Shown here: piece by piece, positions 1 to 8,327 of the stretch | How positions within the stretch are numbered: the stretch's first letter is position 1 | How the letters are laid out: each line of letters opens with the position of its first letter | Origin: a candidate division TM6 bacterium GW2011_GWF2_32_72 | GTDB taxonomy: Bacteria; Babelota; Babeliae; Babelales; CAIQNR01 | Assembly: GCA_945882015.1 (NCBI GenBank) | Contig: CAMCVM010000001.1 | Span: 6,888 to 70,887, forward strand | Length of the DNA stretch: 64,000 bases | Direction: 5' to 3' | Notes under the pieces: generated by a model | Seen by the model: the letters and a program-made list of their open reading frames with translations, nothing else | What the model was told of the DNA's origin: nothing | The model's database searches: none | Translations under genes and position numbers: made by a program

Positions 1-793
1 GATGCGCAAGGGAACATGCAAGAATTTCTTCTTCTGTCACTTTAAAGACTCTTCCTGCTGCATGTTCTTGCAGTTCTAAAAGTTTCCAAGGTTTTGACCA
101 CATACCCCGTCCAATTAAAAATCCATCAACTCCTGTTGTTTCATATGCTCGTTTTGCTGTTGCCCAATTAACAATGCCACCAGACAACAAAACCGGAATA
201 GTAATAATTTTTTTCACTTCACCAGCAAGTTGGTAATCAGGAACTCCATTAAATTTTTGAGTTTGTAATCGCGGATGAATTGCAATTGCATCAGCTCCAC
301 AATCTTGAATAAGACGTGCAACATCAAGAGCATTTTTTTCTTTAAACCCTGCACGAATCTTAACGGTAAAGGGAATAGACAAATGTTTTCTAAATTCTGC
401 AAGCAAACTGGCCAATCGGGGCAAATCAGCCATTAACGCTGAACCACATCCAGATTTGATGACATTTTTAGCAGGGCACCCAATGTTTAAATCAAGGCAA
501 TCAACTTTGGCTGCCATAATTTTTTCACACGCTTGTTGAATAAATTCTATTTTATTGGCCGAAACTTGATAATTAAAAGGACGTTCCATTTGTTCAAAAT
601 CAAGCGCTCTTTTGGCACCTTTATCGTTAGCCACACAACTAACATGGCGCATTTCCCCGTATAAAAGCTCATCTTTTGAGTAATGACGAACAAGTTTTCT
701 AAATGGTGAATCGGTAATACCATCAAGTGGCCCACCTATAAATCTTGGAACAATAAGGTTGCCTATTTTAATTTTTTCTTGCCAATAACTCAT
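1..793 (-). CDS. dusB: tRNA-dihydrouridine synthase (Dus family), 3' end outside window
   Basis: Not in ORF track; manual translation from ATG at 793: MSYWQEKIKIGNLIVPRFIGGPLDGITDSPFR...DLNIGCPAKNVIKSGCGSALM...TVKIRAG...IHPR...GFLIGRG; NxGCP catalytic motif. Confidence 0.93.
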   Translation of the reverse strand, partial: MSYWQEKIKIGNLIVPRFIGGPLDGITDSPFRKLVRHYSKDELLYGEMRHVSCVANDKGAKRALDFEQMERPFNYQVSANKIEFIQQACEKIMAAKVDCLDLNIGCPAKNVIKSGCGSALMADLPRLASLLAEFRKHLSIPFTVKIRAGFKEKNALDVARLIQDCGADAIAIHPRLQTQKFNGVPDYQLAGEVKKIITIPVLLSGGIVNWATAKRAYETTGVDGFLIGRGMWSKPWKLLELQEHAAGRVFKVTEEEILACSLAH

Positions 794-891
794 AAAAACT
801 CAGCTTATTAAAGGGTAAAAAAGAGTTTATAATAATACTTTAAAAAGACAGATTTGTCATATAAAAATTGATTTTAAGCTGGCAGAGGCCG

Positions 892-920
892 TTTACAAAC
901 TTTTAAAAATAATCTAAGCT
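892..920 (+). promoter_or_regulatory. putative sigma70 promoter for the 962 gene
   Basis: TTTACA-17 nt-TAAGCT upstream of a GGAG RBS. Confidence 0.45.
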
Positions 921-961
921 AATATCTGAACTATAAAATTAATCTAATAAATGGAGTTATT

Positions 962-1321
962 ATGAAAAAAGTTTTATTAATTTTTACACTATTCTTGTCT
1001 ACATCTCTAAAACCTGCTGCTTTTTTACCTGAATTTACTATAGGCTTAGCATATGGAGCGGTTTTTAGTACTTCAATCTTTTATATTGGTGAGACACTAA
1101 GACATCTACGCAAAGGTCATTATGATTCAGCCTTTTTAGCGGCAGTACCTGCAGTGATATGTAATCAATATGAAAAAGCACTCTCGATTGCTCATAGTAA
1201 AACATTACCACAAGGTAGATTACTAAGACCTGTATATCTTGCTGGCGCAGTAGCTGGTACGTTTACTTTACCCATTACTTATTGTGTTCTAGCTCACTTT
1301 GCTGATCGTCATCGTAAATAA
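962..1321 (+). CDS. hypothetical exported/membrane protein
   Basis: MKKVLLIFTLFLSTSLKP signal-like N-terminus, two further hydrophobic Gly/Ala segments, GGAG RBS, downstream hairpin. Confidence 0.75.
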   Translation: MKKVLLIFTLFLSTSLKPAAFLPEFTIGLAYGAVFSTSIFYIGETLRHLRKGHYDSAFLAAVPAVICNQYEKALSIAHSKTLPQGRLLRPVYLAGAVAGTFTLPITYCVLAHFADRHRK

Positions 1322-1340
1322 ACTAGAGAAATTTTATTTC

Positions 1341-1386
1341 TTAAAAGGTTAATAGCGCTTAGGTCCTGTTGGCCTTTTAATTTTTT
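1341..1386 (+). terminator. intrinsic terminator of the 962 gene
   Basis: TTAAAAGGTTAATAG...CTGTTGGCCTTTTAA stem (G-U pairs work on + strand) followed by a T-run. Confidence 0.6.
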
Positions 1387-1410
1387 AACTATAGAAAATT
1401 GATTTACTCT

Positions 1411-1446
1411 AAAAAAGAGGCATCTTTAAAAAGTGCCTCTTTTTTT
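1411..1446. terminator. intrinsic terminator (serves the small minus-strand gene)
   Basis: AAAAAAGAGGCA...TGCCTCTTTTTT inverted repeat. Confidence 0.75.
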
Positions 1447-1460
1447 ATTGTTTGTAGTAT

Positions 1461-1619
1461 TTATTTTGCTGAAGGTAAAATTCTAAAAATTACTGTTCCG
1501 CAAGTTTTACATTCGCCTTTTAAAGCTGGACGAGTTTTTCCGCCCTTAGCCTTCATTTGAACATCTTTTGCATTGATAATTTCACGTCTTGCTTTACACT
1601 TTACGCAATATCCTTCCAT
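1461..1619 (-). CDS. small basic zinc-ribbon protein, DUF5679/Cren7-like (52 aa)
   Basis: Below ORF-track cutoff; MEGYCVKCKARREIINAKDVQMKAKGGKTRPALKGECKTCGTVIFRILPSAK; CxxC...CxxC; AGGAGAG RBS; own terminator. Confidence 0.88.
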   Translation of the reverse strand: MEGYCVKCKARREIINAKDVQMKAKGGKTRPALKGECKTCGTVIFRILPSAK

Positions 1620-1813
1620 GACACTCTCCTTTATTTTACCGAACTTAATCGGCTCCCCCTAAACACATTCTTAAACGATTTATCCCCTTATAAAACGATT
1701 ACTCAGTAAGACTAACACAATCAATATTAAAACCACAAGAGAATAAGCCTAATAAGTCGATTAACTAATACTTTTGAGCTTATTTAAGGTAAAAGTTAAA
1801 GTGTTAGATTGCA

Positions 1814-2650
1814 TTAAAAATCATAAGCAAGCTGAACTCCAATTGCCCCTTTGTAATCTGTAGCTAAATCTACTTGGAAATTTTCAGAAATTCTTACTTT
1901 CTTTAAAACAGTATAGGTTGCCATACCCATGATGACCCCAAGACCAGCTCCAGCTACAACTTGTGAAGTATAATGATGGTTACCCGTAACACTTAAACTT
2001 CCAATTAAACTCGCATATAAGGCAGCAGGAACTCCGTACCAAGGTCCTTTAACGCACCAAACATACGTGGCTAAATAGGTTGACATTGAAGCATGCCCAG
2101 AAGGATTTCCACCATGAGCACGGCGTACTGAGCTATGTTTTTCATGCCATGGACGCAATCCAGCGTCATATTTAATCTGTTTTAACAGTACTTTTGACAA
2201 CCACGTTAATCCCAAGCCTGTGACAAATAATTGCGCTTCTCTTCTTTTTTCGGTATCGGTATTGCACCATGAATAAAGACCATAGATAGAAAAAGGGATT
2301 GCCATTACCGGGTCTTTTAACAGAAAAGTTAAAGCTTTTGGAGGTTTATGTTTATTTTTATGCAACGTAGCATCATAAAAATGCTCATGGATTAATGGAT
2401 CAACCCTTTTTCCTATTAAGAAAAAAGGGACAAAGCCAGAAGCTATTTTCATAGTTCTAAAAGTTGGCACTTCTTTAATAATTTCATGTGAATCATTGAT
2501 TAATTTTCTAAAAAAACCTTGCACTTTATATGGTTTTATACAATTGAACGGTTTTTGACATTGTTGTGCTGATTCAGCAATAATACTCTCTTGAAAAATA
2601 ACCTGAACGGATAAAAACATAATCAGAAAAATCTGTTTTAATTTAATCAT
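1814..2650 (-). CDS. PAP2-family phosphatase with signal peptide, paralog 1
   Basis: K...RP (KQIKYDAGLRP), PSGH and GNHHYTSQV motifs; ends in GVQLAYDF. Confidence 0.85.
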   Translation of the reverse strand: MIKLKQIFLIMFLSVQVIFQESIIAESAQQCQKPFNCIKPYKVQGFFRKLINDSHEIIKEVPTFRTMKIASGFVPFFLIGKRVDPLIHEHFYDATLHKNKHKPPKALTFLLKDPVMAIPFSIYGLYSWCNTDTEKRREAQLFVTGLGLTWLSKVLLKQIKYDAGLRPWHEKHSSVRRAHGGNPSGHASMSTYLATYVWCVKGPWYGVPAALYASLIGSLSVTGNHHYTSQVVAGAGLGVIMGMATYTVLKKVRISENFQVDLATDYKGAIGVQLAYDF

Positions 2651-2773
2651 AACAACCCCCTAACTTTAACTCAAACTCCTTATGAAAATCTCATAACTTA
2701 ATTTAAGTATAAAAAAGTAACCCTAACCAAATCAATATCTATGACTCTTTGTAATAAAATTAAGCTGCTAAAG

Positions 2774-3580
2774 TTAAAAATTATAGCCTACTGAAACTCC
2801 AATTTGATTATGAGTATCAGTTACAACATTGACTGAAATATTTTCTGGTAATGCTATTTTTTCAAAGACAGCATAAGAACTTGCCCCCCACATAATACCT
2901 AAAGCAGTTCCAGTTACTACTTGTGATATAAAATGATGATTACCGGCAACACGCATTCCCATAATAAATCCTGTGTATAGACCAAAAGGAACACCGTAAT
3001 GCCAGCCTTTATAGAGTCCAAGGTACGTTGCCGTAAATGCAATAACAATAGCATGCCCTGAAGGAATTCCATGATAATGTTTCCATTGCCTACTAAATCC
3101 TGGATGCAGAGGCCGTAGGCCTACATCTAATTTACAATGCGCAACGGTTTGTTTAATAATAAGTTTAGAAATATGAGCCCATGCATATCCTAATGTAAAA
3201 ATCTGAAATGCTCTTCTGACTTGTCTATCTCTATGGCCAAAAGCAAAAAATCGACATACCCAAATAGGTATATCCATAATCTCATATTCAGCAAAATATT
3301 GTAACCACTGTGGAGGCTGATGTTTATTTTGGTGATTTACTGCATCATAAAAACAAGCATGCATTTTCTTGTCATAATGACGACCAATCAAAAAAAATGG
3401 GATAAAACCACTTGCAATTTTAAGAGTGCGTTGAGTACATAATTCTTGCCCAATTTGATATGAATCAACAAAAATATTACGCACAAAATCCCGCGTGTTT
3501 TCTGGAGAAATATCATCAAAAACACAAGAATTACCTTGTAAAGCAATAACTGAAAACAATAGAACCAATAGTTTCTTCAT
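2774..3580 (-). CDS. PAP2-family phosphatase with signal peptide, paralog 2
   Basis: GLRP, PSGH, RVAGNHHFISQV motifs; ends in GVSVGYNF; clear similarity to 1814-2650. Confidence 0.85.
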   Translation of the reverse strand: MKKLLVLLFSVIALQGNSCVFDDISPENTRDFVRNIFVDSYQIGQELCTQRTLKIASGFIPFFLIGRHYDKKMHACFYDAVNHQNKHQPPQWLQYFAEYEIMDIPIWVCRFFAFGHRDRQVRRAFQIFTLGYAWAHISKLIIKQTVAHCKLDVGLRPLHPGFSRQWKHYHGIPSGHAIVIAFTATYLGLYKGWHYGVPFGLYTGFIMGMRVAGNHHFISQVVTGTALGIMWGASSYAVFEKIALPENISVNVVTDTHNQIGVSVGYNF

Positions 3581-3598
3581 AAATAAAAGCTACTGGTT

Positions 3599-5035
3599 TT
3601 AAAGCTCAGGATGCATCGTGTGCCATGAAGTAACTTGTTCATAAGCATAAGCGGTTTGATAGATTAGCTCTTCTGCAAGATGTGCTCCAATAATCTGCAT
3701 CCCGATCGGTTTTTTGTCATGAGTAAAACCAACAGGAATCGAAAGTGAAGGAACTCCCGCCAAATTCATCGGTGCAGTAAAATAGTCTTGCAAATCCATA
3801 GCCAATTTGTCATTGTCATATGTCCCAACCTTAAAAGCAGGAACAGAATGTGAAGGCATAATCAGCAAATCTACTGTTTCAAAAGCATCATTAAATTCTT
3901 TTCTGATAGCGCGACGAACCCGCTTTGCATTATCATAAAACTCACCTGCATGCCCTACAGAAAGTACGTAATTACCTACTAAAATACGTGCTTTTACTTC
4001 AGAACCAAATCCATCATGACGAGTATTTTTATACATTTCATTTAAATCACGTTCTTTGTCGCGTATTCCATAACGAACACCATCAAATCGTGCTAAATTT
4101 GAAGCTGCTTCTGCTCGACTAATAATAAAATATGCTGCAGCTCCATACTGCAATGTTTTCATTGAAATAGGAACAATAGTTGCGCCTAATTTTTCAAGCT
4201 CTTTAATTGCTTGCTCAACTGATTTTTTAATTTCATGATCAAGACCTTGCCCATCAAGCGCTTCTTGTACAACACCAATCTTAAGATTTTGTTTTAATTT
4301 TCCAGTTAGATTTTTAGTATAATCTTGTTGCTGAACCGACAAACTTGAAGCATCTTTTGCATCTTTGCCTGCAATGACTGAAAAAACAAGTGCATTATCA
4401 TAAACACAACGAGTTAATACGCCAATTTGATCTAATGAAGAACCGTAAGCAGTCAGTCCAAACCGTGAAACGTGTCCATACGTTGGTTTTAATCCAACAA
4501 TGCCACACATTGCTGCCGGCTGACGAACCGAACCACCAGTATCAGATCCTAAAGCCCAAGGTACTATGCCCGCTGCAACTGCTGCTGCTGATCCGCTACT
4601 TGATCCTCCAGGCACACAAGCTTTGTTCCATGGATTTTTGGTTTTGAAAAAAGCTGAAGTTTCACCTGAACTTCCCATTGCAAACTCATCCATATTAGCA
4701 CGTCCTAACAGAGCTGCGCCTTCTTGTTTAAGTCGTGCAATCGCTGTTGCGTCGTAATTGGTAACAAAAGTTTCTAAAATCTTTGAGGCACAAGTCATTT
4801 TACGATTTTTTTGTGCAATATTATCTTTAATCAGACCTGGAATGCCCGCTAAAGTTCCTGAGAATGTACACTCTTTTGTAATTGAAGGTTCATCAAAAAT
4901 TTCTAAATACGCGCCAAGATCTTCATGTTTTTTTGCATTATCAGTAAAAAATTTGAGTAATTCTTGATGGCTGATTGCTCCAGAATCTACTAATGCTTTA
5001 AGTTCTTTAATAGTTTTGAATGCTAAATTATTCAT
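3599..5035 (-). CDS. gatA: Asp-tRNA(Asn)/Glu-tRNA(Gln) amidotransferase subunit A
   Basis: Amidase signature GGSSSGSAAAV, GSDTGGSVRQPA; SNLARFDGVRYG. Confidence 0.97.
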   Translation of the reverse strand: MNNLAFKTIKELKALVDSGAISHQELLKFFTDNAKKHEDLGAYLEIFDEPSITKECTFSGTLAGIPGLIKDNIAQKNRKMTCASKILETFVTNYDATAIARLKQEGAALLGRANMDEFAMGSSGETSAFFKTKNPWNKACVPGGSSSGSAAAVAAGIVPWALGSDTGGSVRQPAAMCGIVGLKPTYGHVSRFGLTAYGSSLDQIGVLTRCVYDNALVFSVIAGKDAKDASSLSVQQQDYTKNLTGKLKQNLKIGVVQEALDGQGLDHEIKKSVEQAIKELEKLGATIVPISMKTLQYGAAAYFIISRAEAASNLARFDGVRYGIRDKERDLNEMYKNTRHDGFGSEVKARILVGNYVLSVGHAGEFYDNAKRVRRAIRKEFNDAFETVDLLIMPSHSVPAFKVGTYDNDKLAMDLQDYFTAPMNLAGVPSLSIPVGFTHDKKPIGMQIIGAHLAEELIYQTAYAYEQVTSWHTMHPEL

Positions 5036-5044
5036 GAATAGCCT

Positions 5045-5329
5045 TTACTTGTTGTCTAAAATTTTTGGAACCACAAAATAATTTTCTTCTCGCTCTGGAG
5101 CACGATTTAAAACTATTTCTGAGTCTGTTGTAACTACCACATCATCTCTTAAAAAATTGATATTTCTATTTGAAGGCTGATCAAGTAATTGATTTGCAAC
5201 ATCTTTAACCACTTGCGCATAAGAAAGCACGTCTTGTAATTGCTGAGTTAATGACTCAACCTCTTCTTGCTGTATCGCTATTCTTGAAATTTGAGCTATT
5301 TTTATAACTTCTTCTTTGGTAATTTTCAT
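5045..5329 (-). CDS. gatC: amidotransferase subunit C
   Basis: MKITKEEVIKIAQISRI...LRDD...YFVVPKIL; directly upstream of gatA. Confidence 0.95.
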   Translation of the reverse strand: MKITKEEVIKIAQISRIAIQQEEVESLTQQLQDVLSYAQVVKDVANQLLDQPSNRNINFLRDDVVVTTDSEIVLNRAPEREENYFVVPKILDNK

Positions 5330-6738
5330 GCACTGTTCCTTAAAGCCTGCTTAATCCATTCTTGATTTCTAAATCGTTTAATATAAATTGCCCCCATTAT
5401 GGCATTGCCTAAATAAAGGGAACCATAGATTAACATAAATTTTAAGGTTTGGTTAGTCATTGGTAATTGTGAAAAATAATAAGAAAGCGGCATAAATACA
5501 CCTCCACAGACGATAAGACGTGTCCACATGACCATTTTAACATTGGCAGCGCCTCGTAATGCTCCTGCTAAAATAAGCTGCACTACATCAAAAAATGCAA
5601 GCGCGCTCATAAAAGGGAAAATATAAGCTGCAAAATCAGTAAATTCCCCTTTAATATCAAAAACTCTAATAACTGCTGTTGGAAATAAAGAACAGAAAAA
5701 TAAGACTGACAAAGTCATAATGCTTGAAAGCAATAATATTTTTTTAAGGGTTACTTTAATCCCATTCCAATCCTGCCTTCCTAAATCATTACTGACTAAA
5801 AAAGTAATCACTTGCGCAAAAGCAATAGCTGGCAAGAGACCAAATCGCTCTAAGTCTTTAATAACAGCAAAGCTTGCAATCACGCAGGTGCCCATTGGAG
5901 CTAAGCATTTACCTAACCACAGGTATGAAGCAGCCAAAGTCCCTTTGTCAATCACTACGGGCCAGCTTAATACAAATAACTGTTTTACTTGTTGCAAACT
6001 GGTAAAGCATGAAAAAAGATTAATGGTATACCGTTTCATTTCTGTACTTAACAGAACATACAGTACCGAAGCAACACACATAAACCCATATTGAATCACC
6101 GTTGCCCAAGCAGAACCTTGCAATTGTAGTTCAGGAAAACCACATTTACCAAAAATAAGGACATAATCAAAGAATAAAAAAACCACTGATCCTGCTACAA
6201 AAGTGACCATAGGAATTTGTGTATTTTTGATTCCGCGCAAAAAACCAATAAACGCAAAATAGATAAAGGTAAAAAAAATTCCAATTGCTCGTAATTTTAA
6301 AAAAGGAATCCCTAATTCAATCATTTGCTCAGGAACCCCATACCAATAATAAATAGCATGCGCTCCAAAAAAAAGAGCACTGGCTATTACTGTTCCGACA
6401 ATAACCGTTGACCAAAATGCATTAATTAATACTGACCCAGCTTTTTTAAAATCTTGCATCCCATTATATTGCCCTGTCAAAACAATTGTTCCAACAGAAA
6501 GTGCTTCAGCTATTTTTACAATAAAGTGCAGTAACGTATTAGTTACCCCCAATGTTGCATAAGCTGGAGTCGATTTAAGACATGCTATCATATGAGCATC
6601 AATTAACAATGGAACAGAATAAAGAACCACTGCTGTTATAAATTCAGGGATAAAATATGCTGTTATTCGTGCATAGTCTTGCCCTTGGGTTGTATCTTGC
6701 ACTCCTTGAAAATAGCTACTTAAGATACTTTTTTTCAT
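5326..6738 (-). CDS. MATE-family efflux transporter
   Basis: About 12 TM segments, FLRGIKNTQIPM, LIFGKCGFPELQLQGSAWAT, GALRGA; start set at MKKS behind an AAGGA RBS; ATGA overlap with gatC. Confidence 0.9.
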   Translation of the reverse strand: MKKSILSSYFQGVQDTTQGQDYARITAYFIPEFITAVVLYSVPLLIDAHMIACLKSTPAYATLGVTNTLLHFIVKIAEALSVGTIVLTGQYNGMQDFKKAGSVLINAFWSTVIVGTVIASALFFGAHAIYYWYGVPEQMIELGIPFLKLRAIGIFFTFIYFAFIGFLRGIKNTQIPMVTFVAGSVVFLFFDYVLIFGKCGFPELQLQGSAWATVIQYGFMCVASVLYVLLSTEMKRYTINLFSCFTSLQQVKQLFVLSWPVVIDKGTLAASYLWLGKCLAPMGTCVIASFAVIKDLERFGLLPAIAFAQVITFLVSNDLGRQDWNGIKVTLKKILLLSSIMTLSVLFFCSLFPTAVIRVFDIKGEFTDFAAYIFPFMSALAFFDVVQLILAGALRGAANVKMVMWTRLIVCGGVFMPLSYYFSQLPMTNQTLKFMLIYGSLYLGNAIMGAIYIKRFRNQEWIKQALRNSA

Positions 6739-6825
6739 GTCTGTTTCCTTTGTTACACTACACAATGCGCATTATTTTACACGCTTTTTTGAAATAGATA
6801 CAATGAATACACTTTGTAAACTATT

Positions 6826-6858
6826 TTTATAATCAAAATTATATGCTTTGATTATAAA
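6826..6858. promoter_or_regulatory. 12-bp perfect inverted repeat, candidate operator
   Basis: TTTATAATCAAA-9 nt-TTTGATTATAAA between divergent genes. Confidence 0.4.
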
Positions 6859-6980
6859 GTATGTATTTGCAAAAAAAAATAAATTTAAAAAATTCTTTAT
6901 TTTAGTCACTCTTTCTTGTTATAGTGACAATTGAAACGAGGTCTCTAGTGAATTTCAAAAATAATTGGGGGATGATTATT

Positions 6981-7610
6981 ATGAATAAAAATTCAAAGGT
7001 GTTTCTATCATTACTATTTTTAATCTTTAATCTTTATTCTGAGTCATCACATATCATCACATTTTTCATAGAACCGTATCCAACAGCTCATGATCAACAT
7101 TTCATGAAGCAGAATACATCATTAAATCAAGATGTTTTTTGTACCTATTACGGATACAAAACTGTTTCAGACAATAATGGCCAAGTAGTTTTTCCACTTA
7201 AAACACAAGATTCAAATTTCTACTTACTCATAACTGATCAAGCGGAACCTGTTTTCATGCTCCATAACACCTTAAGTCATTGGAAGGTTCCTGCAGGAAA
7301 ACCTTATGAGCTGTTTTCAGTAAGCAGACTTTATGATGAGGAAACTAAAACTCATTTTTGGTCTATTGAGCAAACACAATTAACGCAAGATGGTCAAATT
7401 CCTTTTAACACAATTACTATCGTTGCAGATTCAAAAAGCTTTTACATACCTACAGGTATTTCAATTACTACCGAAAGTCAACATTATGTACTGCCAACCT
7501 TGTACATAAAAAATGAAACAAAGTTACCTTTGTCAGCTTTACAATTTTTAGAAAATTGTGAATTTTTTGCTCCACTTGCCCCTACCAATAAAACAAGCCC
7601 TGCTGTATAA
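6981..7610 (+). CDS. hypothetical exported, beta-rich protein
   Basis: Start reassigned to MNKNSKVFLSLLFLIFNLYS (signal-like) after GGGGGA; SDNNGQVVF motif typical of prealbumin/Ig-like folds. Confidence 0.7.
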   Translation: MNKNSKVFLSLLFLIFNLYSESSHIITFFIEPYPTAHDQHFMKQNTSLNQDVFCTYYGYKTVSDNNGQVVFPLKTQDSNFYLLITDQAEPVFMLHNTLSHWKVPAGKPYELFSVSRLYDEETKTHFWSIEQTQLTQDGQIPFNTITIVADSKSFYIPTGISITTESQHYVLPTLYIKNETKLPLSALQFLENCEFFAPLAPTNKTSPAV

Positions 7611-7694
7611 AAAAGTGGTTACTGGTGAAAGCTAAAATCATGGTATACTATCTTCTCTAAACTTGAATAAACCCTTGTTAATAAAGGAATATTT

Positions 7695-8315
7695 ATGAAG
7701 CTTCAGATTTCATTTGATGACCCTATTCTTGAAAAGAACATAGAAATGGCACAGCAGGTGGTCCATTATTGTGATGTTTTAGTAATCGGAACCTTACCAC
7801 TTTTTAAGCATGGAATTATGATCTTAGAACGATTTCGTAAAGAGTTTCCTGATAAAACTATCTTTACTGACTGTAAAATAGTCAATAAAGGCCGTGACGC
7901 TGCCGCTCTTTTTTCTCTTGCTGGCACAGATTGGATTTCTGTTGTAGCAGGAACTAACCGAGAAGTTATTCATGGAGCATGCTCAAAAGCCCATGATTTA
8001 GGGAAAAAAGTTATTTTAGACTTTATTAACGCTGGAACTCCTGGTCAAGAAACTTTAGAAGCAAAAAGCCTTGGCGCTGACGCAATTCTTTTACATCAGC
8101 CAGCTGAGAGCAAGGACGATTTAGTTTTCTTTGAACAATGGGAAATGGTAAAAGGAAATACCTCATTACCCATTATTATTGCAACAAAACGGGGGCGTGA
8201 AAATCTAACACAACTCTGTGCTTTTAATCCTGATAGTATCATTGTAGGAAAATCAATCACAGATAATGCTGACCCTGTGGCAGAAGCACAATTTTTTTAC
8301 AATCAGTGCAAATAA
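7695..8315 (+). CDS. 3-hexulose-6-phosphate synthase/KGPDC-like protein (OMPDC superfamily), divergent
   Basis: MKLQISFD, IGTLPLFKHG, FPDKTIFTDCK, IIVGKSIT...DPVAEA. Confidence 0.8.
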   Translation: MKLQISFDDPILEKNIEMAQQVVHYCDVLVIGTLPLFKHGIMILERFRKEFPDKTIFTDCKIVNKGRDAAALFSLAGTDWISVVAGTNREVIHGACSKAHDLGKKVILDFINAGTPGQETLEAKSLGADAILLHQPAESKDDLVFFEQWEMVKGNTSLPIIIATKRGRENLTQLCAFNPDSIIVGKSITDNADPVAEAQFFYNQCK

Positions 8316-8327
8316 ATCAACATACTC

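Noticed and set aside
214-735. Two 62-aa minus-strand ORFs
   Set aside because: Off-frame within the dus gene, which the track missed because it runs off the window edge
7695-8315. RuMP formaldehyde fixation or methylotrophy
   Set aside because: Catalytic residues are degenerate and no isomerase gene is adjacent
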